A stretch of DNA of 42,873 nt from Vicugna vicugna. Its lineage: Eukaryota. The notes under the pieces were generated by a model. The model saw only the letters and a program-made list of their open reading frames with translations, searched no databases and had not been told where the DNA came from. Both the position numbers and the translations under genes were made by a program. The stretch lies in assembly GCA_013265495.1 (NCBI GenBank), contig MU058221.1, positions 4,714,001-4,756,873 of the forward strand, written 5' to 3'. Below are positions 11,200 through 22,618 of the stretch, in pieces. Each line of letters begins with the position of its first letter. The stretch's first letter is position 1.

Positions 11200-12400
11200 G
11201 GAATGGAGATTAGAGAGATTTTTTTTTTACCATCAATCAATATAAATTTTTTTTTTTAATCTTTTAAAAAGACTCTCAGATTGGGTCAAAACCATTTTCA
11301 GTCATAATTTTTTCAGGAAAGGCATATTAGCAAAGGTTTTCAGAAAGGTCAGGGTGTTAATAACAACATAAAATTCAAGCCAGAAAACAGTTAACAGCTA
11401 AAGAGTGTTATGTAATATTGCCACTCTCTTAAAAACATTCATAAACTTATGCACTGAATAACATCGCGCGCACACACACACACACACACACACGTGTTGT
11501 TACCACTTAGAAGGGTGCCAGGCCCAGATGGTTTCACAGATGATTTCTTTCAAAGCTGCAAGAAAGCAGTAACTTTATTACCTCAAAATTTGTTTCAGTA
11601 GCCAGAAAAAGACATATGCCCACCAAAACATTTCACAGAGCCAAAATGATCCTGCAAGCAAAATCTACCATGGATATTGCTGCAAAATTCTAAATGAAAA
11701 AGTAGCAAAATTAATCAGGATTAAAATATCTAAAATATCAAAGTATTTAAATAATACTACTACAATGCTGCTAATTAAAGTTTATTATAAGAATACAAGG
11801 ATATTTCAATATCAGGAAATAGATTGTCATAATTCAGCACATTAATTGGTAAAAGGAAAAAATATCTATGTTTATCTTGATATGAGCCCAAAGGTTTTGG
11901 AGGTGTTTTTATTTCAACAGTTATATCTGATATTTTTTAAAGTTCTTGGTAAACTAATAGTAGATGAGTTCTTTCTTGATAGAACTAAAAATATCTGGTT
12001 CATACTACCAGCCAACATACTATTTAATGGTGAAACATTAGAGTAATTCCATTTAAAATCAGGAGAGAGCTGAGGCTGTGAATTAGCCCCACTGTGTCTT
12101 CACATTGTTCTGGAAGTCATCACTATGACCACAGGGCAAGAAAAAGAAATGAGAGGCATTACTACTGGAAAGGAAAAGAGGAAAATGTCATTATTACAAT
12201 AACATAATTCTCCAAATTAAGATTCAGCAAATAAATGCTAGAATCATGGACAGAGGTTAATTAGGTTTTTTAGATCACAAAATAAACATAAATCAATTGT
12301 AGCAATATTCAGCTAGAATACATAATTTAAAAATACCAATCATAAAGTAAAAAAAAAAAACTAAAAAACATAGCAGATTATATTTTCAATAAATTCTGGC
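11200..12400 (+). mobile_element. Highly decayed ancient L1 ORF2 (L1ME/L1M5-like)
   Basis: A-rich; recognisable blocks 'ccaggcccagatggtttcacagatgatttct', 'gccaacatactatttaatggtgaaa', 'cattgttctggaagtc', 'ggcaagaaaaagaaatgagaggcat'. Confidence 0.8.
11466..11493. repeat. (CG)n(CA)n microsatellite
   Basis: cgcgcgcacacacacacacacacacacacg. Confidence 0.95.
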
Positions 12401-12424
12401 AGTCTGTTTTTTTAAATTCTCAGC

Positions 12425-13582
12425 AACGGTAAACCCCATTCCCCATGCTCTTCCGCAGTGTGTCCTGGCCACTCCCCCATAAGAGACAGAGTCCAGGTCC
12501 CTGACCCAGGAATCCAGACTGGCCTTGTGACTTGCTTTGAACCAATAGAATTCAGCTGATTTCTGAGGCTAGACCAGAAAAGGTCATGTCTGGTCCCCTG
12601 GGATGCCTGCTCCCATCCACATGCCAGGCAAGATGTCCAATGCCCTGAGGCCACCAGGTTGGAGAGAACACTCTTAGCATTCCATCCCATGGTCCCCCAC
12701 AGCCCCAGTTGAGCCCAGTCTTCCAGCATCCCCACCAAGGGGTCAGATATGTGATGACACCACCCTGGAACTTCTAGACCACCCCATTCACTAGTGGAGC
12801 AGCACAAAGTGACCTCAGTTGATGTCACAAAGCACTTGATCAAAGTTCTGACCCCCAGAATGCAAAATGGTGCAGCCACTGTGGAAAACAGCTGGGGGAT
12901 TTCTCAAAAAGTTAAACATAGGACCACCACATGACCCAGCAATGCCACTGCTAGGTACATACCCAGAAGAACTGAACAGATGTTTGCACGCTCATAATCA
13001 CAGCAGCACTATTCACAATGGCCAAAAGGTGGGCACAACCCTAGTGTCCACCAACAGATGAACAGATAAATAAAACATGGTACGTACATATTTCAGAATA
13101 TTATTCAGCCATAAAAAGGAATGCATTTTTGATATATGCTTCAGCCTGGATGGACTTTGAAAACATTATGCTCAGCGAAATAAGCCAGACAGGACAAATC
13201 ATGTATTGCACTTACATGAGCTCCCTAGAATAGGCAGATTCACAGAAAGGGAAAGTAGAGTGGAGACTACAGGGTGGGGGGGGAGCTGGAGGGAGGGCTA
13301 GGGGGAGGGAGAAGTGGGGTTGTTCTTAATGGGTACAGAGTTTTGTTGGGGATGATGGAGAAGTTTTAGGTATAGAGAGTGGTGATGGTTACAAAATACT
13401 TTGAATGTATTTACTGTCACTCGACTGTACACTTAAAAGTGGTTAAAATGGTAAACCCTACGCTGCATACATTTCACCACAACAAGGAGATTTCCCTGAC
13501 CCACAGAATACGTGATACAGCAAAAGAGCTGTTTAAGCCACTAATTTTGGCGTCATTTGTTAAGGAACAGTAATCCAGAACA
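12425..13582 (+). mobile_element. MaLR LTR (MLT1G/H-like) split by an L1 insertion at ~12863-13483
   Basis: 'ctggccttgtgacttgctttgaaccaatagaa' ... resumes at ~13490 'cctgacccacagaat...tgtttaagccactaattttgg...ccagaaca'. Confidence 0.75.
12863..13483 (+). mobile_element. L1 (L1MA/MB-like) 3' end
   Basis: ORF MVQPLWKT...PHDPAMPLLGTYP (ORF2 C-terminus) followed by a typical 3' UTR with G-rich tract. Confidence 0.9.
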
Positions 13583-13751
13583 AAGTATGCTTAGGAATAA
13601 ATTTAGCGAGAAATGTACAGAACAGTATCAAAACACTACCGGTGGAAGCTGAGTAAGCTGTTTTCGAGAAACAGAAGGTCCCTCCACTTCCTCCCTACTC
13701 TCTTCCTTTGGGGTCAGCCCACATCATCTCTCCCTCATTGGTCTTTAGACT

Positions 13752-13752
<1 letters not shown>

Positions 13753-13782
<30 letters not shown>
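13753..13782. repeat. (CA)n microsatellite
   Basis: About 15 CA units. Confidence 0.95.
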
Positions 13783-13784
<2 letters not shown>

Positions 13785-14694
13785 ACCATTCCCTCCCCGG
13801 GTGGCCTAATGATGCTAAAATCCATCTGAATTTGCTTGCAGCCAGCACTGCTCACCAACACACCTGTCACTCAGGACCCAATTTGTACCAGGGGGCGTTT
13901 GCCCCACTATAATCTTGATCGAACTCGTAAATAAACACGTACATGTAATAAAGACATCTCTAGAAAATGTTGCTTTTTAAAATTAAACTGCAAAAGCAGT
14001 GTCCTTCTTGGACACAAAGCAAATCCGTAGGTGCCTCCCTCATCCCCACGCTGCAGACCACCCTCTTGCAAAGGGATTGCTCCCCCCAGCCCCTTCTTTC
14101 TAGAAATTCTGGAAGCCTTACAGACTATAGACACGAAGTAGGTGGAGAGCCCTTTAGCCAAGGCTGTTCCATCTCCTGCGTCCAGCACCCGCCCCCCGGG
14201 GGTGCTGGGCTGCTGAGAGCCCTCCCACAGCTGCGTCCCCTCTTCTGCCCACAGGCTCAGGGTGCTGAGGGGGTCTTTCCAGGACCTCTCGGTAATGGTC
14301 TGGGGTGGGCTGTCTGCCTGGACCGCCCAGACGCCAGGCCTAGTCCACAGCCTCCCCAAGCCTGAACGCCACAGGCAGACCCAGGGCAGGTCTAAGCCAG
14401 CGAGACGCGCAGGGCTGTTATTTAACAGCTCAAGCATCATGAGAGGGTTTGATGACTCAAGTAGCAATTTCTTGAGTCAACATCGTTCATGTGGGAAGGA
14501 ATTGCACCTGAGGGTGTTCAGGATCAGCAGTGGGGCTGGAGTGGAATGCACCCCAAGGCGGGCCTCTACTGGGCTCAAGGCTGCAGGGCCGTGCGGAGCA
14601 AAGAGCAGCCTGCGATCCAAGCCACAGGCACACGCGTAAACCTGGACCCTGGTCCTCACCCGCAGGTGAACGCGGAGACCCCGCGGGGCGGACA

Positions 14695-14711
14695 AGCGCC
14701 CTCTGGCGGCC
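14695..14711 (-). promoter_or_regulatory. CTCF consensus site
   Basis: Minus strand GGCCGCCAGAGGGCGCT matches CCRSYAGRKGGCRS at all positions; in a local CpG-rich patch. Confidence 0.7.
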
Positions 14712-15776
14712 GGTCGTGGAGGTGTCCACAGAGAGCGTGACCCCAGTAACTCGTCATATGGAGTGCCTGCTCCGTGCCTGGCGGGGACGTTGCACAACTT
14801 GCAGGACACCCGGAGGCGCCATTCTCCCAGAACCCAAAGTGAAGTGGCTCCTTGGAGTTAAGAATATGTGGTCTTTTCTCAGGCTCTGAGGGACCCACAA
14901 GCCAACGGAGGAGAGGGCACACGCTAGCTGGACCTTGAATAAGGTGAGGAGAGGGAGAAAGGGACTTCTGGACAAAGGGCACGTGCCTGGACAGTGGTTG
15001 TAGGGGAGCTTGCCATGTTCTGTCTGGCTAGAGCCTACACGCGTGGGATGCAGATGGAAAAGGCTTGGGGAAAAAGCTTGGGATGGGTCCCCAGAGCCAT
15101 GCTGGGGAGGTCGGGCTTTATCTTGTGCCAGACATCTCACATGTAAGTAGCTTGCAGACATGCGTTGTTAAGCCAGCACAGTGTGGGCATGCCTTCGAGA
15201 GGAGCCTGTGTTCTCAGCAGACGGTTACCCGCAGCTTCACCCACTTGCATCACTGCCCCAGCCCTGAAGCGTGTGACCCCTGCAAGGTCATGGGGTGCTG
15301 GTTCTGGAGAGCACACCTAGGAACTGGCGGAAGAGAGAGGCAAGCCTGCCAGCGGCAGGAAGGGTATGCCGTCAGCCTCCATTCCTTATCAGAGGTGCCC
15401 ATCATTATCAGTAGATAATGACATGAGGCGCCCAGCATCCCAAGGGAAGGCTGTGCCCTGGCCCCTCCCGGACCCCGGACACAGAGGACTCATTGCAGGG
15501 TCAGCTTTCCTGTCCTTGCTTAGACCAACCCTGTCTGGGCTGCCCCTATGTCCAGGATTGCCCCTTCCTCCCTGGCCCTGGACTCCCCGTTCTCTGTGAC
15601 TCTGTCCTCTCTCAGGGAAGCACTGGATTGTCCGACGGAGAGCAGGCTTCTCTCGTGCAAGGTTGGAGGGACCCAAAGGAACTCAAACCGCCAGCCTGCA
15701 GGCAACCACAAGCAGGCTCCAGGTACCCGGGGCACAGGTGGTGGCTATTGGGCCAAAGACTTTAGAAGGGGAGACA

Positions 15777-15794
15777 AGCGCCATCTGGTGGCCA
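15777..15794 (-). promoter_or_regulatory. CTCF consensus site
   Basis: Minus strand TGGCCACCAGATGGCGCT, full core match. Confidence 0.75.
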
Positions 15795-15882
15795 CTTCTG
15801 GAGTGGCAGCAGAGAACTGGCACACATATTCATATTTTGCTACGACTCTATTCCAGGTCTTGAGCAAAGCAGAAAAAAATCC

Positions 15883-16063
15883 AGCACAGGGAACTACATT
15901 CAATATCTTGTAATAATCTACCATGAAAAAGAATATATATGTGTATAACTGAATCACTGTGCTGTACACCAGAAACTAACACAACATTGTAAATCCACTA
16001 TATTTCAATTAAAATAAATAAATAAATAAAATGCATTTTTACAAAGTCAAAAAAAAAAAAAAA
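15883..16063 (+). mobile_element. 5'-truncated L1 3' UTR with short 3' extension and poly(A)
   Basis: 'agcacagggaactacattcaatatcttg...gctgtacaccagaaactaacacaac'; TSD-like aaaaaaatccag / aaaaaaacccag. Confidence 0.88.
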
Positions 16064-16515
16064 CCCAGAAAGCGGTGTCGTCTCTAAAAGTCACACTAGA
16101 CCAGATACAACAAGTTTAATACTTTCTCTCTTCTCTGGCCACAGTTGACCTTCTCCATGGTCCCCAAACAGGTCACACATCCCCCTCTAATGTTACTCTT
16201 CTGTCCGAATTAAGGGCCCCTCCCTCCCTTCTGGCAAGAACCTGCTCATCCTCGGAGATGCTTCTGTGGTCCCCGGTGGCTAATGCCTTCCTCCTGTGCA
16301 CTCCCAAACCTTGGCCAACCCGGTCCTGCACTCAGGGCTGTTTGGGGGTCACACCTTGGCCCTGCTACTGTCTCGCACATCAGGTGTGTGGCCCCTGAGG
16401 AGCTACTGAGCAGCCCTTCGTTCCTTCCTCTGGGATCGGAGTGACTGCTGTGGGTCAGGTGCCATGAGAGGCACCAGGAGGAAAGAGATGCCATGGTAAC
16501 ATTGGTGTCCCCTTC

Positions 16516-16640
16516 TCTTTTTTTGGCAGGGGGTAGATAATTAGGTTTATTTATTTGGTTTTTCAGTGGAGGTACTGGGGACTGAATCCAGGACCTTGTG
16601 CATGCTAAGCACACGCTCTACCACTGAGCTAGACCCTTTC
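16516..16640 (-). mobile_element. tRNA-Ala-derived SINE (camelid Vic-1-like)
   Basis: Minus strand TAGCTCAGTGGTAGAGCG (A box) ... GTCCTGGATTCAGTCCCCAGTACCTCC (B box) ... AATAAATAAACCTAATTA tail. Confidence 0.88.
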
Positions 16641-17959
16641 TCCAGCTTGTTTACCTTTCAGCTTGAGAGGCGTTGAGGAGAAGTAAAAGAAGATGTAACT
16701 TTCATAAAAGAGGCTTTCAGGGGACCCTTAAAAGAGAGTATTAGTGGAGCCTCAGTGAAGTCTTCTGTGGATCTGCTTTCTTCCTTTCCAAAGCTGCCTT
16801 TCCATCCACACGCACACACTTATATTGAGCGCCTCTCAACACAAGCCCGATCTGAGTGCGTAGAGACCCAAACCCAGACAGGAGGGTCCTTTTTATTACC
16901 TTTACTGATGAGCACCGCTCGGAGACAGACAGGAGGGCAGGTCTGAAGGCATTCTGAGGAAAGCAGGTCTGGGGCCAGTGACCTCTCCCCAAACTGTCTG
17001 TAAGAGGAGAAGATGCCACAGAGCTTAGGTATTTTCTTAAGGATTATAAGCTTGCATGGAGTGTTTGCATTTGATGATCCTTGCAGTTCTCTCTCTGGCC
17101 AATGTTTTTCCTTCTTCTTCCTCTTTGTCTTCTTCTTTTTTATTTTGTTACATTGTAAATATTTTCTTAAGTCACCTTCAATCTATTCTGGCATAGGTGG
17201 GGTGTACACATATGGACGTGTAGTCAGAGACTGGGAAGTAAGAGGGCTTCTGAATTCGTGAGTGACTAGCGAGGGGGTGAAATACCCAGGCTGGAACAGG
17301 AGGGGGCGCAGGTGAGTATGAGTTGCGTTCTGGTCACATAAGGAGACACAGGGGATGACCTAACGTTTCTCGCTCCAGCCTCTGGTGAAGACGCTTGGGC
17401 TCACTAACTGCTCTTCAGCACTCTTTCCTCTTCAAAAACATCCATCCTAACTTTCAAAAAATGCCTTAGAGAAAACAAGAAAAAACTTTTTTTTATTCTA
17501 TATGAATGCTTTCTCCCTTAAGACAGGGTGTGTAGCAACATGCTCAGAGATGCATGTTAAACCAGCATCTGAAGTGCCTCCCTGGGTCACACAGTCTACC
17601 CAGGAGCAGCAGATCTTCCAAACGACATTTCCGGTATGCAAATAGAGCGGAGCAGAAAAACTAGTGACAGATCTTTGGCGTCTTTGGTAATAAGAATGAT
17701 CTGAACAGATTGCTACTCTGCACAGAAGCTTCTCGAGGTGGGCAGGTCTGCCCACCCTCCAACCCGCCCCATCCCACGCCCACCCCAAGCCTCTTCTTCA
17801 CAGCTGGTACTTGAAATGTGACTTAATTATCAGGTTTTTCTCACCCTGTAGACAGCCCTGATTGGATGATTAGGGAAATCCTTACTGTCTTTCTTGAGGA
17901 TGGAAAGACCGAGAAACAGGAAATGCAGGATTAACTATTCAATGGAATGGAGGACAGTT

Positions 17960-18350
17960 ACCTTGTATTGGGTGCTTACTATGTGCTAGTCTTCCCATTT
18001 AGTGACCATTTCAGTCCTCACAACCCAAGAGAGAGTTGCCATTATTATCCTAATGTTGCAAATTAAGGCCATTGAGGCACAGAGAGGTTAAGCGACTTGT
18101 TAAGCAAGGCTACACACACAGGAATCAAACACCAGAGGCCATGCTCTTAAGGACCGCGATACATTGCTTCCCATCGTGTGGGTCCCGTTTTATGACATGG
18201 ACATATATTATGTTATTTACTCTCAATATAGTACCATGAGTTAGATGCTAGCCCCAATTTTCTGATGAGAAAACTGTGGCCAGAAAGGTTAAGTGACTTC
18301 TCCCCCAAACACCCAGCTATTAATAGAGGTGGAATTCCATTCTCAGGAAA
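17960..18350 (-). mobile_element. Two adjacent MIR fragments
   Basis: 'tattgggtgcttactatgtgcta...gaggcacagagaggttaagcgacttg' and 'gatgagaaaactgtggccagaaaggttaagtgactt'. Confidence 0.8.
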
Positions 18351-18364
18351 TTTCCCATCACACC

Positions 18365-18486
18365 ACTGGAATGCAAGGTCAATGAGGGCAGAGATTTTTC
18401 ACTTTGGCTCATTGCTGTTTCCCCAGCACTGAGAAGAGAGCTTAGCATGCAGCAGGTACTCAGTATATATGTGTTGAATAAATGGA
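18365..18486 (+). mobile_element. L2 3' end
   Basis: 'gaatgcaaggtcaatgagggcagagattt...ccccagcac...caggtactcagtatatatgtgttgaataaatg'. Confidence 0.85.
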
Positions 18487-18649
18487 GGCTTCCACTGCTA
18501 TAAATCCAGAGATAAGCAATTAGATTAGAATCACGTATCCATTCAGACAGCCTTGGCTTCACTGTACAGTCTCCAGACGTCTCCCAGACTGCATGCAGCC
18601 CAGACTCTCCAACTTACATGTAAGGGGAAGTTGCACAATACACATCTAC

Positions 18650-19000
18650 TCATCTCACCTCCGTCTTATTCCAGAAAGGGTTTAAGACAGTGCACGGGCC
18701 GAAGAGAAATGAAAACCGAGGCAAAAACAAGATGGAAACAACGCAGAGCCAGAATGGGGCTCAGCAATTCACAGCTTAAAGAACTCAGCGCTTGCTAGGA
18801 GAGTCTTGTATCCTGCTCCAGGCTTCCTAGCAGCCTGCGCGGAAAGGAATCTGATTGGCTACACGATTCACAATGTCTATGAGATAAAGGCAAGCTCGTG
18901 GCTTCAAAGCAGGATGACTGTTCTAAGTCCTAAGACCAGAAAAACGTCTCTCCTGGAGTTTCTCATGAAGGTGACTGAGTGCGTGATTTATTAGAAACTT
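18650..19000 (-). mobile_element. Ancient LINE fragment, probably L4 (RTE-X)
   Basis: 'cttattccagaaagggtttaag' and 'ggcttcctagcagcc...gattcacaatgtc' resemble the recalled L4 3' region. Confidence 0.5.
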
Positions 19001-19374
19001 CCAAACTGAAGCCAAAGAGGGAAGCTCCCAGGGTAAGAATGTAACTGAGCCTTTGCGGAGTCTAGCAGAGCTTATAGCTCACCCCACTGGACTACACCCT
19101 GGGAAGCAAGTTCCCACGTGTTGTCAGAGTGTGTTCATGCCATTGCGTGAAGTCGGACCAGTTTTCTAGGTTCATTAGCTGAGGACGCACCAGTAAGCCT
19201 GCAGAGAAGGGATGTTCCTCCTGGAATTCCTTCGGCCCCTCTCAGGTGCCTGGGGTGCACTGGCAGCTTCTCTGAGCTGCACTGAGACACGACCAACATT
19301 AATTCTCATCAGTCATTTAGTTACTCCAATCCTTCCGTTAAGTCTCTTCCAGATATATGGCCTTACAAAGGGAT

Positions 19375-19597
19375 CATGGTGGTGACGGAGGTGGGGGTGA
19401 TTATGGCAGTGGTCACGGTGGTAGCGAAGGAGATGAGAGTGGAGCTGGTGTCAATGGTGGTAGTGGAGGTGGCGGTGTAGAAAATCATGGCGGTGGTGGT
19501 GCTGATGGTGGTGACGGTGGTGGTGGTAATGATGGTGGTGTTGCAGGTGATGGCGGAGGGGGTGATGGCGGGGGTGATGGTGATGGAGCTGGTGGTT
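19375..19597. repeat. Degenerate (GGT/GAT)n trinucleotide low-complexity repeat
   Basis: Runs of ggt, gat, ggc triplets; produces spurious Gly-, Val-, Thr- and Pro-rich ORFs. Confidence 0.9.
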
Positions 19598-20034
19598 TGG
19601 AGAACACAGAGAATGGGCAGGACAAAGCCTCTGGCCACCTTTCAGCTTCTACTTTGCTTCCTATCAAAGTATATACATTGGGAGATTCTCCCCAAACAGG
19701 ACGGGACACAACTAAAAATGACACTTTGCTGAATTAATTACATTGTAGAAGCATTGGAGAATAATCCTTATGGACATAGGAAAAAATACCATTTATTGGT
19801 AAGTTAAATAAAAAAAGATTGCAAAAGGAATACATACAGTATAATTATATAAATTATACTAGTAATGAAAAAAATTAAGACCAAAAAAATTAAAAGTGGG
19901 TACCTTGGGCAGGATGGCAGGCTTATGGGTGGCTTTTATTTTCTCATTTGTGCCTTTCTATTTATCCCAAATGCTTACAAAAGTAAACAGAATGCCATTA
20001 AAAAAAAAAAGTAAAAAGAAAAAGAAACAGAATA

Positions 20035-21325
20035 TCCACTAGGCTGACTATCAACAAAAAACAGATAATAACCAGTGCTGGCACAGATGTGGAGAAATTG
20101 GAGCCCACATACTCCATTAATGGGAATATAAAATGGTGCAGACACTTTGGAAAATAGTCTAGCATTTCCTTAAGTGGTTAAATATAGAGTTAGCATAACA
20201 CCCCGAAATTCCTCTCCCACGTGTATTCTCAAGAGAAATGAAAACATAGGTCCACATGAAAACTTGTCCGTAACAAATGGATAAGCAAAATGTGGCATGC
20301 ACAGACAATGGAATATTGTTCAACCTTAAAAAGGAATGAAATTCTGAAACACGCTACATGAGTGAAACTCGAAGACATTGTGCTAAACAAAATGTCCGAT
20401 GCAAAAGGGTGAATTTTGTATAGTTCTACTTTTGTGAGGCACTAAGAGGCAAGTTCATAGAGACAGAAAGTAGAATGGTGGTTGCCGGGGGCTGGGGGGA
20501 GGGAAGAATGGGGAGTAATTGTTTAATGGGTGGAGTCTCAGTTGGGGGAGATAAAAAAAGTTCTGGCAACGGTGGTGGTGACGGTTGCATGACAATGTGA
20601 ATATACTTAATGTTCCTGAACTGTACACTTCAAGAATTATTAAAATGGCAAATTTTATCTTTAGGTATATTTATCATAATTTTTAAGATAATTACCAAAA
20701 CTTTAAAAAAGAAGTGGAACTAAAACAAATACAGTTTAATCAATGTAAGCATTTTATACGATTAATTAACTATTCTATGACAATTAAAAAGTGGTTAAAG
20801 GGGTAACTTTTATGTCTATTTTACCACAATAAAAACATTTGTACTTGAATGTTCACAGCCGCACTCTTCACAATGGTCGAAAAGTGGAAACAACCCAAAA
20901 GTCCATCAACTGATGAACAGATAAACAAAATGCAGTATATCCGCTCAATGAAGCCTTATTCAGCAATAAAAAGGAACGAGGTTCTGATGCGTGCTACAAC
21001 GCTGATGAACCTTGAAAACAATCTGCTACGTGAAAGGACACAAAGCACGAAGGTCATATGGTTGCATAATGCCGTTTATATGAAATGACCAGAATGGACA
21101 AGTCCATGGACAGTGGAAGTGGTGGCTGGAGCTGGAAACATTTGTCCTGAGGAGTAAACGTGGAGTTGCTGCCGGCTGGGTTTCTTCTGGGGGTGATGGT
21201 AACATTCTGATTGTGGTGGCGGTTGCACAACTCTGTGAATATATCGAAAGCTACAAATTGTACAATCTAAATGAGCAACTTGTAGGGTATGTGAATTCTG
21301 TCTCAATGCAACTGTTCCCAAAAAC
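20035..21325 (+). mobile_element. L1MB-like 3' end interrupted by another L1 3' UTR (~20270-20835)
   Basis: ORF2 C-terminal DNA to 'ccacatgaaaacttgt' (~20268) resumes at 'aaaacatttgtacttgaatgttcacagc' (~20832; MFTAALFTMVEKWKQPK); the interval holds separate L1 3' UTR sequence. Confidence 0.85.
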
Positions 21326-21532
21326 AGTAAATGGGGAAAAAAGGCAATCTGTAAAGGCATAAGCAATTTTAAATAATTTTGAAATGCTAGATGGTCGAGA
21401 CACAGATTCAACATTAAAAGAACCAAATCAAATAAAACCATTTAAATCCAGGGCTGACCTCTCCGTGAGATGCCACGTTGATCAAACAGCTTTTGGTTCC
21501 CCAGGGCAAGGGGAACTTGTGTGGTTCAAGGC

Positions 21533-22440
21533 TGCTAAGTTCTGAATGTTTGTGTCCCGACCTCACCCCCGACCCCCGCAATTCATATGCCGAAATCCTA
21601 GTCCCCAAGGTGATGGCATTAGCAGGTGGGAGCCCTTGGGTGTGATGAGGGTGTCGCCCTCATGAATGGGGTTAGTGCCTCCTAAAAGAGGCTGCTCAGA
21701 GCTCCCAGCCCCTTCCTCCTGTGAGGACAAAGCCAGAAGACAGCTGTCTATGAACCAGGAAACAAGCCTTCGAAATGTTAGGTAGTTAGGTAAGTGGGGG
21801 CACGGGGCAGGCAGGTGGAGGAGAGGGAGGAGGGTCCGGAAGACGGAGTTGTCCCCGCCACCAGCATAAAGGGCTTTCCTTCTTCTAAACACGCGCCAGC
21901 GAGAAACCGGTTAGAAAACCCAACAGCCACGACTGCACGGTAGCAGAAAGGACTTAGCCGGACGTGAACCAGTGCTCATTGTATTATAATTAGCCTTGCA
22001 GTTCAGGCCCCCCCATGGGTTCTTCTGTGTGCATCCTGGGTAGGACATGCACAAAGGGGCCAACATGACTCTGCTCCAGGGACAAGAGCCGCCAATCAAT
22101 CAAGAGACCACGTCTAAGCGAGGGTGTGAGAGGAAGGGAGACAAAACCCACTGCTTTTCGCCTTGGCTCAGCCCGCCTCCTGCTCTTGGACGTGTACTTT
22201 TTCCTTTTCTAAATAAAACTTCCAAAGTCGTTCGCTACACAACTCACCATCTCCCGACTGTAAACCTATGTTGTATGACAAGAATCGGGGTCTTTACCTT
22301 TTGGGGTAACGGACACTGAATCCGCCAGCTTCTTGAACTTGCACTTCCCAGCGTCCAGGATGGTGGGAGATAAATTTCCATGGTTTATAAGCTACCCAGT
22401 CCGTGGTATTTTGTTCTGGCAGCTTCAAAGGACCCAGACA
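21533..22440 (+). mobile_element. MLT1A-like MaLR solo LTR interrupted by another LTR
   Basis: Starts TGCTAAGTTCTGAATGTTTGTGTCC, ends ...GGACCCAGACA; 5-bp flanks aaggc / aaggt. Confidence 0.85.
21776..22311 (+). mobile_element. ERV1-like solo LTR (536 bp) nested in MLT1A
   Basis: Termini TGTTA...TAACG (CA mutated), 4-bp flanks gaaa / gaca, CCAAT (~22092), AATAAA (~22212); host LTR is continuous across it. Confidence 0.75.
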
Positions 22441-22618
22441 AAGGTCAAGCATCGCTCAGACATCCTCAGGCAGTCCCAGCGGACTGAAGGCTTCTGGCCG
22501 AGGGGCACCCGGAGAAAATGGGGGGTGGGGGGTGGAGAGTATGTGCCCAGGGCGTCTACCCTGGATGGGTACACTCACAATGGTTTACAAATGCATGAAA
22601 TGTCATATCAAAATCTCG

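Noticed and set aside
13907..15913. Dense overlapping 70-186 aa ORFs as a hidden gene or processed pseudogene
   Set aside because: No recognisable protein family, poly(A)/TSD or consistent exon structure; explained by high GC.
19357..19737. 126-aa Gly/Asp-rich ORF resembling a glycine-rich protein
   Set aside because: Translation of a degenerate GGT/GAT repeat, open in several frames on both strands, with no promoter or splice support.
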